From Takakia lepidozioides (lineage: Eukaryota > Plantae > Bryophyta): a DNA stretch of 38,778 bases. The notes below the pieces were generated by a model that was not told the origin of the DNA, made no database searches, and worked only from the letters and a program-made list of their open reading frames with translations. Within the stretch, counting starts at the first letter, position 1, and each line of letters starts with the position of its first letter. Shown here piece by piece: positions 1 through 10,537 of the stretch. The stretch is from assembly GCA_030704615.1 (NCBI GenBank), contig JAKLZA010000284.1, positions 1 through 38,778 of the forward strand. Reading direction: 5' to 3'. The translations under genes and the position numbers were made by a program.

Positions 1-249
1 GCCTCAGTCTTCATGACATTGGCTTGGTGATTCTCCATTGATCAACTTCAGCCTTTGCTTTCGTAGTCCAGCTCCACTAATAACTCCACATTCACTCCCG
101 AGCGAGGCAACATTTCCAGCAGATTTTGAGAGAGATCAAAGTTGGAATCATCTCACCCTCAGCAGATCAGCCGCTTGCATGTGTTTCTCCGAGACAATCT
201 CGATATCTTTAGTAAGGGACCCCGTGACTTAGGCCGCACTACCCTTCTC

Positions 250-2107
250 TTGATCATGACATCATAACAGAAGGTAAGCCTATCAAACAACATGCCTATA
301 TGGAGAGTGTACGTGATCAATGAAAAGTAATTCAAGAGGAGATTCCAAGAAGATGCTTGATGCGGCATGATTACACCCTCCATATCTCCGTGGGCAGTCC
401 CATTGTCTTGGTAGGCAAGAATGATGGGTCTACCTGTTTTTGTGTGGGATTTAGGCGATTGAATGCTATCACTAACAAGGATGTTTACCCTTATGCATTA
501 ATGAGACTCTTGACCAGCTTAATGGTGCCACGATCTTCTCTTCATTGGACTTAGCATCAGGTTTTTGGCAAGTTCCCTTGACATCTGCTGCTAAAGAAAA
601 AAACTGCCTTCACCTGCAGGATGGGCCTCTTCTAGTTTGAAACAATGCCCTTCGGGCTTTGTAATGCCACTTCCACTTTCCAAAGACACAGGGACGTCGT
701 CTTAGGCAACCTTTGTTGGGAGTGCGCTTTGATTTACATAGATGACATAAACATTTATTCTACAATGTTTGATGCTCATCTGCTGGACTTACAGAGGGTC
801 GTATGCAGGCTATGTGCTGCAGGCCTCAGGTTAAAGCCAAGAATGTAACTTGGTATGCAGGAGCAACTCCATTTTTTGGGACATCTGCTTTCTGCTGTTG
901 GCATCAGTCCTGACCCAAGTAAAATACATGTTGTTTACGACTATCCTATCCCTTGCAACAAAACGTGTGTCAAGGCCTTTCTAGGCTTGGGTCTACTATC
1001 GTCATTTCATTTTTCAGTTTGGCAAGCTAGCTACTCCTTTCACTAGATTGTTGTCCAAAGATGTTCACTTTGTGTGGGGCGAGTGTGGGGCACTGTGCAG
1101 AGCTTCTGCCTTTGATAAACTCAAAATTGCATTAACCTCGACCCCTGTGCTTGCTTACCCTGATTTCACACCTTACCCTTTCTCCTGTAAACTGATGCCA
1201 ATGACTTGGCTACTTCTGCAATATTGAGCCAGATTCAAAATGGCAAGGAGCATGCCATTGCATATGCTTTCTCCCGCCCCTTGACAAGCACGAGAGCGTA
1301 ACTACTCTATCACTGACAAGGAAGGCTTGCAGTTATCTTTGGGGTCAAATATTTTAGGCAATACTTGCAAGGATGTCAGTTTACAATTGAGACTGATCAT
1401 TTAACCATTGAAGATCTTGCTACACTCCTCATGAACTAACTAGGCGTTTGGCTAGATGGGTTCTGATTTTACAGGGCTATGACTTCAATATATCTTATAA
1501 GAGAGGCAAAGACGACATCAATGCTGATGCTTTGACTCGTGGGGAAACCAAAACACCTGACCCCTATACTACTCTAAACGATCTGTTCCTATTGCTTTAC
1601 GACCATCTTTGTTATCTACTATGCATGTTTCTGATCCTTTTGCCTTGTGTCATCTGGACTATCCTTATGTTCCTCCTAATATGCTTGACACCCTGGGATT
1701 TAGTTCAATTTGATGTTGGTTGAGTTTCCTGACTGGTTCTGGTATGGATTCAAGGCTGGCAATCTGCAGCAGACTCTGTCTCTCTCCCTTACCTTAGACT
1801 GTTCATCTTTCCTGGCATCTACACTATTTTGTTTCCAAACCAAGGGATTGAGCTGCTCTCTACAACCTGTTTACTTACTCATAGGCAGCCATTTGAAAAA
1901 AGAAGTTGGGAATTCTGAGAGGAAGATAACAGGGGCGGACACTTCCTTCTCACCTGCACTAACCTACTATTGTGTGCCATGCGTGATGTAGGCATGGATG
2001 ATCTAGCGTACGATGCTCTCCTCCACAGGTGCAAAGCCGACACCCACCTTAGTGGCATATCCAAGCTACTCATGAAGCAAGTCAACTATCACTTACCCTG
2101 TAGACCA
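250..2107 (+). pseudogene. pol: Ty3/gypsy LTR-retrotransposon pol remnant: reverse transcriptase and RNase H (frameshifts, stops)
   Basis: Motifs across frames: SPIVLVGKNDGSTCFCVGFRRLNAIT, LDLASGFWQV, MPFGLCNATSTFQR, YIDD, HFLGH, RNase H TDA...KEGL...YFRQYL...TDH...RLARW. The start is approximate. Confidence 0.92.
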
Positions 2108-3075
2108 CACTACAGCAAATGGGGGAGGTTTGCGACGCCAGCCGCGCCCCCACGCCCCGCTGGCGTGACACTAACCCGCGGCGTTTTTTTGCGATGCCCC
2201 GGCGTCGCAATCCCCTGCTGTGACGCCCTTGCGACACCCTACCGTCGCAAGGTGGCATGAAGGGGAAATGGGGCCCCCCGCTGCGACGGATTTTTTTTCT
2301 TGCGACGCCATACCAATAAAAAAGAAAAAAAAATGTTGCAACGCCAAAAGCGTCACTGAGGGCGCCACAGTGCCTCTGCGACGCTGGGGCGTCGCCAAAA
2401 TGGGGTTTGTTGTTGTTTTTTTTTTTTTTTTTTTTGGGCTTTGCGGCCCTCAACGTCACAAAAGCGTCGCTGGGGGCGTCCCGCGCTCAACGTTACGATG
2501 CCAGGGGTCGCAACGGTGTTGTAGTAAGCTTAGATCATCACAATGACATCGTTTGGGGCGCTTAACGGTGGAGCTGCAACCAACGGCGACGACGCTGGGG
2601 CTGGGCACCAAGGCTGTGGAGGTTGCAACTCCCCGACGTCACAAGAGGGACCCCCTTAGAAGGAACTTGAAAGAAATCTTGATATGTATATATATATTTA
2701 GATTGCTTTTGTGATACATAGATGTATCGTAGGTGTGTTGGTTAGTCTGTAGTTCTTAGGAATGTTATAACGTGGAGGTCCTAGGTTCAAGTATGCATTG
2801 CCTAATATAGGTAGAACAATGAACATATCGCCATTGGACAGAACTGTAGTCAATGGTCAACAAGTTTTGAAATTCAAATTTCAAACTCAAAATTTCCCAC
2901 CTAAATTCAAATGTACCCCCCTTAAACTGCGACGTCCGGGGGTCGCACTTTGCGACACTTGGACGTTGCTAATTCGGCATTGCAGAGTAGGTTTTTTTTT
3001 ATTTTTTGCGACGCCTAGGCGTCGCAAATTGCAGTGGCACAAAATTGCAACCCCCATTGGTCGCAAAATTGCTGT
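2108..3075. mobile_element. Non-autonomous CACTA-like insertion interrupting gypsy pol
   Basis: Starts with CACTACAGCAA at 2108. Many inverted subterminal TGCGACG/CGTCGCA motifs lie at 2130-2510 and 2925-3070. Degenerate reverse termini occur at 2517-2526 (TGTTGTAGTA) and ~3069-3075 (TTGCTGT). Pol coding resumes at ~3077. No clean 3-bp TSD. Confidence 0.6.
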
Positions 3076-3076
3076 G

Positions 3077-4185
3077 GAAGTCCCTTCTAGGTCCGCTGTC
3101 CCTGCTTTACTAGAATTGTACCATGCTTCCACTTATGTTGGCCATTTGGGGGTTACCAAAACTGTCAAAAGACTACAGGAGCAGTATCACTGGAAAGGCT
3201 AAATTAAAGATAGCTTTCATTGCAAGGTGTGTACCTTGTCATGCCAAGACCATCCTACCTAGGACCGAAGCACCCTTACCTATGCAGCCAATCCCTGTGA
3301 CTGAACCATTCGCCAGGGTTGGTATAGATCTTGTTGGGACCGCTTAAATCCACGTCGAAGAGCTATGCATACCTTATTGTTGCTACGGATTACCTGACGA
3401 AATGGGTTGAGTTCCAACCTCTGGTTGCTAAGGATAGTGATGAGGTGGTACAGTTCTTCTTTGGTAAGGTGATCCTTCGCCATGGTTGCCCTCTTGAGAT
3501 CCTCACGGATCAAGGTACAGAGTTCCGCAACCAATTTATGGAGATTGTCTTGTTTAATCTCAACACTAAGCATGCAGTCACTGCTCCTTATAATCCCCAT
3601 GCAATGGTTTGACAGAACGATTTAACAAAACTATGTGCCAGATGCTAGAAAAGAATGGATCTCTCATTGATGAATGGGATATTGTCGTGCCTATTCTGTT
3701 CTTTGCCTATCGGACTTCTATCCATGCCAGTACCAAGATCTCGCCTTTTGAATTTGTGTATGGTAGAAAATGTAGAACTCCTTTGCATATTTCCTGGCTG
3801 CAGGTCTCAACCTGAAAATTGGGAAGAATTTTTTGCTTTCCATAGATGCTAAACGTCGTCGTTTGCGAGAAACAGCCAAGTCTATCATTGTTTTTGCTCA
3901 GGCTTCTCAGGCCAAGAATTATAACCGGCAGGTTGTGTATTTTGAGTCTTTCAAGGTAAGGCAGTCTATTTGTGTAAGCTCCAGCGTGGTAAGCAGGTAT
4001 CTAAAGCTAAGCGGAGGATTGATGGACCTTACCTGATTTCTGAAATTCTTCCTGGTAGGCAGTATGTATTGTTTCCTCAACATGCTTCCACTCCTCACCT
4101 AGCTAGCTCTATTCATGTTTCATTACTTGTTCCATGTAAGCTTAGTACTTTTGATCTAACCTGTTTGAATGTTGAGAACCGCTAG
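3077..4185 (+). pseudogene. pol: Ty3/gypsy integrase remnant (HHCC zinc finger, DDE core, GPY/F)
   Basis: Motifs LELYHASTYVGHLGVTKT...YHWKG, CVPC, GIDLVG, TDYLTKW, TDQGTEF, TERFNKT, SPFEFVYGR and GPY, with several frameshifts. Confidence 0.92.
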
Positions 4186-5149
4186 GTGATTTTCACACCT
4201 ACATCTTGAACAGTTCGTGCTCAGGCCGTGGCTTCTTCCACTGTAGAGTAGTTTTGAATTTCGTGCTAGTTTTCTACACCGATTGTAGCACTTGGGGTTT
4301 TTCCTAGGGGCTGTTTTGTCCTTAGCCCAGCTTGCAGGGCAATGTTTTCTTCCCCTAGGTTTTTTTCATCCCTCGTGTAACGGGTGTATAGTTTGTTTAG
4401 GCTAGATTCTTCTTCGTTCTTCCTGAGCCCTTAGCTCGTAGGAGCTCGCAATTTGTAGAGGCCCCAACATGCTTCACATATGTGGAGCTGAGATTCCTCC
4501 TCGCCTGTTTTCTCCACTTGGATGAATGGAGGGAGGATGCGCTCCGGACGAAGTAGGGATGGACGGAACCAGGATATAGTCTGGATGAACTTACGCTTTG
4601 TGCATGGGGATGAGCTGGCAACAGCTTACGGCTTTATTATATGATGTCTTATTCTAACAGCTAGTTTAGGATTAGATTAGGATGGGACTGGGTGATGTGG
4701 CTTCTTTCTATGGCTATGCTGGAACGACATCTGGCTGGCCTATGTGTAAGTGTCACGCGACACAAAGATTATATTATGACCTAATGCTATTTAAGCTACA
4801 ATGTCGTGGCAGTGGGGGTGGTGGTTTTGATCTCAAGTTTGTACGAACACTAAGTGACGGGGTGCTCAAGTACTTGCATGAACACTGTGTGGATGTTTGA
4901 GTCTGTTACGTCCTCTTCGCGAGACTCCGTCTTCTCCGCCAGACCCATCTACTGACTACATTCCCTTGATAGAGCTGAATCCGGTAGAGGAAGGAGAATA
5001 GACCCATAGCGCCGGATCGTGCCCCCCCCCCCCACACCACCTAAATATATATATACATATATTATTTTTGGGAGGTTTTTTGGTTCACGGGGCTGCCAAA
5101 CTGGTGTTTTTTTTTGTCGCGACTGGTGGTGGGCCAGCTGCTATGGTGC

Positions 5150-5522
5150 ATCCACCAGCCTATACTTCGCATCCCACAAAAAAGAATGGCAAAACAGTAC
5201 ATCATGTGCCTTCGGGGCCTAATCACGATGTGAAGGTGGAATCTGCCAGACTTCTTTAGGCTCGGGTAACATGAACTATGGAAGTTCCTTCACCTGTGTA
5301 TGGACGAGTTTATACTTTGGTCACTTCTGGGTCTGTTTTGGACGACAGGGCATATTAGGTGACGGTGTGTAATTTTCCAGATTGTACCTGTCTGGACTTT
5401 GTGTCCATGCGCGAGGGCAGTCTCGGGAAGAGAGGGACATGGTTCCTTGCAAGCATCTTTACTACATCTTTTTGCGCAGGATGTATTGTGACCAATTCAT
5501 TCACCATGCGACACTTGTCCTA
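5150..5522 (+). pseudogene. Remnant C-terminus (SWIM zinc finger) of a transposase paralogous to the one at 20062-23654
   Basis: Translates as SHPTKKNGK...*...VPSPVYGRVYTLVTSGSVLDDRAY*VTVCNFPDCTCLDF...(frameshift)PCKHLYYIFLRRMYCDQFIHHATL. This aligns to AHPTMRFGR...VPPPGLGRVYRMATAGSAVRDDVYTITIGVEPTCNCTDF...PCKHLYYIYLKRL...DDFIHAPAL. Confidence 0.85.
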
Positions 5523-5889
5523 GCGAGGTGAAGACACTTTTGCAGCAAGACAATGGCAATGGTGAGTAGTGTGGCATATGTTATGATTTTTGCCATGTCT
5601 AGGCAGGGCTGCATTGTTTGTAGAAGTTCCTCTGTTTATGGTGCCGTGACATTGGGTCCTAAACAAGAACATTGTTTGTAACTCAATGTAGACACAGTTC
5701 CTGGTTTTCATGTTGGTTTTGTTATAAAGGATCTGGTTTCCTGTCTACTGGTAGACTCATTTGCTGTGACTACATAGAACATGACATTTCCAAATGGTGA
5801 AGTTCTGCAATTGTTCTGTTAGTGGCAGTAACCTCATTTCAAATAACATATTCTCACCCACTTCATGATGATCCACAATTTTCTTGGAA

Positions 5890-6270
5890 CCTCAATAAGC
5901 TTCACGATGACCATCTGATTTTTCTTCACCTTCTTCAATAACAAAAACCTGGACAAGTTTCACAATGAGCGCTCATTGTTTTTTCACCTCTTCTTAAAAA
6001 ACAAAGCCTAAATGAGCTTCATGATGACCATCCGCATTATTTTTTAACCTCTCCTTCAATATTCCATCCATCCATCATCCATCCATCATGGATGGAATAT
6101 TGCAAACCTCAGTAAGCTTCACAATGATTAACATCCAATTTTTTTTGCCTCTTCTTCAGTAACAAACCCTAAATAAGCTTCATGATGACTTACCAAGCTT
6201 TTTTTTTCACCTCTTCTTCAATAACAAAACCCTAGTAAGCTTCACAATGAGCATCCATTTTTTCTATACC
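5890..6270. repeat. Degenerate ~60-bp tandem repeat (~6 units) with an embedded CCAT microsatellite
   Basis: AGCTTCAYRATGA...TTTTTTCACCTCTTCTTCAATAACAAAACCCT recurs near 5898, 5957, 6015, 6116, 6177 and 6238. Confidence 0.7.
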
Positions 6271-6521
6271 TTTTTTCTTAAGCACCGTAATTGCTTCCAC
6301 GATATTAATAGGACCCCCTCTACACCCAGTCCTCGATTATAGGGCCTGCTTCTCCCTCCTCTAAACCCTAGGCTCAGGCTTTAGAGGGCAAAGCGTGAGC
6401 CCAGCTCCTAGGCTCGCGCGGATGGGCTCACGCCGTAGCTGTGCTCCACATTCAACCGTGGGTTCTGTTGGATCTTATTTGATTGCCTTGAAAATTGGCA
6501 GGCGCATGCAGGAGGTACTTA

Positions 6522-8400
6522 GAGCACCCCCAACGTAGGTATGTCATTTCCAACGCTACTTTGGCACGGCGTTTCCCGGATCGTGACCCACCGTACCCTG
6601 CCAACACTATATTTGGCGCGGAGGGACCTACACCAAGGGCAGGGGGTACGCCATATTTTATATCTTTGGCGTACCTCACCAAACCTCCGCCAAGCTTGCA
6701 CGTGCACGCCCAACCACTGGGGAGCAAGTCAGGTGCGGGCACGTCGTGCAAAGCTATCGAAGAAGACGTGCTCTTGCTTTCAATTTCAAATCTAGTTTTG
6801 TATACACACAGTTTCACGCATACAGAAGCAGCAGCAGGGCGCGACGGATCCGAAGGCACAAAGCGAGCAATGTGAGTAAAGAGCAAAAATGAAAGGTGAA
6901 AGGAGGAAGGAAGCATCAGGGTATTCGCTCCTCTTTCGCTCTGGTTTTCATTCCCTGTTTGTGTAGCACTCGTGGGCTTTCGCTCTTCCTCAATCTAAAA
7001 ACCTTATCTGTTTCTTTGCTAGGTTCATTTCCCTTATGGCATCACTTGTTGCTTTTGAAGGCCAATGTTGTGACGACTTTTGTTTTATTCAACTTCTCGA
7101 CTTCTGTTTTATTCGGACCGACTTCTATTTTATTCCAACTTCCCGATGTGGAGGTCCCAACCGTCTGTATGATGAACTCCCTCTGTTGCTCCCCAGCCAC
7201 GACCTAGCCCTTGTACGTCATTGGTATGCTCTCGTTGCATTTTCCTTCATGTTTCTGCCTACTCTATATTCTATGTCCATCTCTTCACTTTGTGAGTATG
7301 CTATGGTTGTGTAGGTTGCAAGATTGATTTGCTTCTTGCATCCACATGGCTGAAAATAGAGGATCAAAGAAAGGGAAGAATTTCACAGCAGAAGAGGAGG
7401 TTCAGCTATGCAGAAGTTGGCTTGCTATTGTTCAAGATCCAATTACAGGGACTAGGCAGAAAGCTCAACTTTTTTGGGAGAGGATTGCTCTACATTACAA
7501 CAAGAACAAGCCTCAGAAGTGCCTAGAGAGATCTTGGCGATCGTTAGAGAGTAAGTGGCAGGGAGTGAAAACTGATGTCAACAAGTTCGATGGTTGTTAT
7601 GTTCAAGTGGAGGCATTGAATGAGCCCAACACCAATGAAGAGGACATAAAGTTGAAGGCTGCAACAATGTTCAAGGATAATTAGTAGAAGGGCCAGAGCT
7701 TCACATTCATTCACTGTTGGGAATTGTTGGGAATTGCTCAAGGATGTGCCCAAGTGGGCAGGGATCAAGAGAAAGTACAAGCCAAGAAGCGCAATAGACC
7801 GGAGATTGCCCAGAACGAACCAGAGGTTAATTCCACATATGGCAATGATAGTCTAGGCTCCACCTTTGAGCACATGTGAACTATCCCAATCTGATTTCCC
7901 ACAGAGACCCCAAGGCTCCAAAGCAGTGAAACTAGAGAGGAAATGCAAGGCTGTTCAATTTCAGGCTGCTGAAACCCAAGCCAAAGCTACTCAGGATCTA
8001 ACTAATGCCACCTTTGAGAATATTCTAAAGGAGCAAGGTATTCTACAATTGATGACATTTTCAGGCAAAAACTGACGCCAATGAGTGCATCGAATTGAAG
8101 AGAGCTCGTGAGTTGAAGCTCTTCAAGGATCAACTGTGAAGGGAGATAGAGATGGGCGCCAAATAACAAGTCAAGAGAGCCCACCAGTTCAGCCCCAACC
8201 TATGACAGGGCCTCAAGTTCCATTGGATAATTTGAACAATGGACCGAGGGCCACTCGCACAAATGTGCTTGAGGGCGAGTTCTCTCCTCCAAGGGGAACT
8301 TGGAATTCTCTAGCATTTGTGCAAGGAAATATGATTGATGATGACTATTCGCACTTGCAGTTGCACTAGAAATTCGGTTCCCTTCACAACTCAAATGCAT
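6522..8400 (+). mobile_element. Truncated PIF/Harbinger DNA transposon
   Basis: TTA followed by GAGCACCCCCAAC at 6519-6534 resembles the PIF/Tourist GAGCATCTCCAA terminus with a TTA target. TTTGGC/GCCAA subterminal motifs follow, then a Harbinger-type Myb/SANT ORF. No right TIR or DDE gene was found. Confidence 0.55.
7346..8369 (+). pseudogene. Harbinger-associated Myb/SANT-like (NAM-associated) DNA-binding protein, disrupted
   Basis: KGKNFTAEEEVQLCRSWLAIVQDPITGTRQKAQLFWERI...RSLESKW...NKFDGCY, then a stop at 7682-7684, FTFIHCWELL...KDVPKW and RPQGSKAVK, with frameshifts. Confidence 0.85.
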
Positions 8401-8606
8401 TATGCACCAGAAAGTTGCCCAAGTAGCATAGGGTTCCAATTTATTTAGGGTCAACTTTGGTAGCATGAGGTAGTTTAGGCTATTACTACAATTTAGAAAG
8501 GATGGAAAGACACTCTTCAGTTTGTAACCTGGTGTTCATTTTGGCAATAAAATATGTCCCTGATTACTTCACCTTGCATAAGAACAGGGATGGAGAGGTT
8601 AGAGAA

Positions 8607-9030
8607 TTTTGAATGTGTACATGATTACTTCATTGCCAAGCTGCCAAGCTGATTGACCCCATCTTGCATAAAATATCAAATGGAAGGGCTAAAGGAGTCC
8701 AAATCTCTTATGGTATATATCATTGGAACCACACAGACCTGCTCTTGATGATCCCACAAAAACCCACGACATACTAGGACCATTCTGGTATTTTAAAATA
8801 CATATACCGGTCCAACACTGGTTACTACTAGTGTTGGGTGGGTATATTTGAAACCAAATAGTAGGAAGACCATTTTGAATGTGTACATGTACCAAGCTGC
8901 CAAGCTGCCAAGCTGATTGACCCCACCTTGCAGAAGGGAGATTAAATGGAAGGGCTAAAGGAGTCCAAATCATGCATGCTATATGTTCTTGGAACCACAC
9001 AGACCTGCTCTTGATGATCCCACAAAAATC
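8607..9030. repeat. Local direct duplication (~150-bp block repeated ~260 bp apart)
   Basis: TTTTGAATGTGTACATG...GCCAAGCTGATTGACCCC...AAATGGAAGGGCTAAAGGAGTCCAAATC...GGAACCACACAGACCTGCTCTTGATGATCCCACAAAA at ~8607-8762 and ~8873-9028. Confidence 0.8.
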
Positions 9031-9696
9031 CAGGAGATACAATCAACCCAATAGGTGGCCAAGTAACGTGCGGTCAGTTGTTAGATATTGTTGTTATTGT
9101 GGTTAAACTTAAATACCATATGACCATAGTGTCATGGCTCATTTTTTAATTCATACCCATTCTATGAGTATTTTTAATCCATACCTATTCTCCTCAATAA
9201 GTTACTCCTTAACATATGGAGTCGGGACGGGGGGAGCTCCGCAATGGAGCTCCGCAAAAGCCGGTGAGTGGCTCCGGGACTTATCCATTTTCTAGGCTCT
9301 TGCTCCCCCAATGCTTCGTAATTCTTTCTCTTCCTCTTCCCCCTCCCCAATGTCTTCATCAGTTTCTATTCATACCTACTGTGGAATGAATGTTTCTCGA
9401 GGAGTTCGGTGAAATTCCCCTTCTTCATCTCCCAGCCATCCTTTGATAATGGTGATGCCCCACCACCTTAAATGATCTTTTCATCCGACGCTGTGAGGTC
9501 CACACGTCCATTTTTATGTGCTTCCAGCTCCTTCATGTCTCGTGTGGCGCGGTTTCCTCTCTGTTTTTGGAAACTCTTACTTTTGTTTGCTGCTTCTCTG
9601 CACCAGGCATTAACGCAAAGTCGGCTATGTTATAGCTCTGGTCTCCTGCTCCAGGGTGGAGAGTTTAAGTTTTTCTCGTTTTCTATGTTGCTTGGC

Positions 9697-9850
9697 GGGG
9701 GGTGCTATTCCGTGAGCCTGGAGGCGTGAGCCTGTGAGCCCAGGAAAGCGTGAGCCCAGCACAGGCTCACGCCACGTCAGCATGCAAACAGTGCCTATTT
9801 CCGCGGATGTCACCTATTTCCGAGTGGTGTCACCTATTTCCGCGGGTTGA
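9697..9850. mobile_element. Left terminus (TIR plus iterons) of an older sister element of the ParB-MTase transposon family
   Basis: GGGGGGTGCTATTCCGTGAGC at 9697 resembles GGGGGCTGCTATTTCATGAGC at 10302. It is followed by GTGAGC iterons and three CCTATTTCCG motifs, and the same motif occurs inverted at 10388-10425. Confidence 0.75.
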
Positions 9851-10099
9851 TGTGGGGAGAATTGAGAATTGAGAACAAAGTGGTTTGTTTGTTTTTGCAA
9901 TGTACTCAAGTCTGTGAGGTCCACAAAACAACAAATATATTGAAGGAACAATCCGGGTAGTCCATGCAACCCCCATCTCCAACAATAGTTTGGAACCATG
10001 AATGTGAATTCCACGCACACATTGCAAAGAGGACAATAAGGACACACAACCATCCCATTTCAAATTTGTCCCAGAATTAAACCAAAAGAATACTTCATA

Positions 10100-10301
10100 T
10101 CAAGTGTCGCAGTCATCACAATCAGTGTCCACCTCTTGTGCTATGTCATCTACAAAGATTCTGGCCCCAACACCACGTGTTCTACGAAGGCCATCGCAAG
10201 GTGGACTCTGAGTGCCATGAACGGACATGCTTGCTGCGAGTGCCTCCGCATAGACAGGTAGCACACAAGACCGAGGAGGACTGAAAACAAGTCCAAATAG
10301 G
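10100..10301 (-). pseudogene. 3' part of the last exon of the older element's ParB-MTase-like gene (split by the 14.2-kb insertion)
   Basis: Reads LFGLVFSPPRSCVLPVYAEALAAS...ARIFVDDIAQEVDTDCDDCDT*, with the stop at 10102-10100. It is homologous to MPSPEREYILPTYAARLAS...ARRFVLDSAEE and joins in frame to 24554-24508. Confidence 0.75.
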
Positions 10302-10373
10302 GGGGGCTGCTATTTCATGAGCGGCATGAGCATGAGCGGCATGAGCATGAGCGGAAAAAAAAAAAGCATGAGC
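10302..10373 (+). repeat. Left TIR with CATGAGC(GG) iterons; preceded by TSD CAAATAGG
   Basis: Inverted match to 24454-24507. Confidence 0.9.
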
Positions 10374-10537
10374 AGACCATTGTGAGTCCACGGAAATAGG
10401 GTTAGGAGGCACGGAAATAGGGTCATGTGAAGTTGGAATGTGGCACCAGTGGACTTAAAATGCAACATTTTATTGCAAATTTTGTGGCAAGCCACGTCTA
10501 TACAAGTGTGTTCTAACTGTCATAGCCGGAATGGGCA

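Noticed and set aside
4376-4910. Possible (solo) LTR TGTAAC...GTTACG
   Set aside because: The 3' end is not CA, there is no convincing TSD or polypurine tract, and there is no second copy in the window.
6452-6916. Overlapping 126-154 aa ORFs
   Set aside because: They have no recognisable motifs and fall in the GC-rich subterminal region of the Harbinger remnant.
9170-9696. Purine-rich minus-strand stretch that could be a coding relic
   Set aside because: The frames I read contained stops and no motif I could assign.
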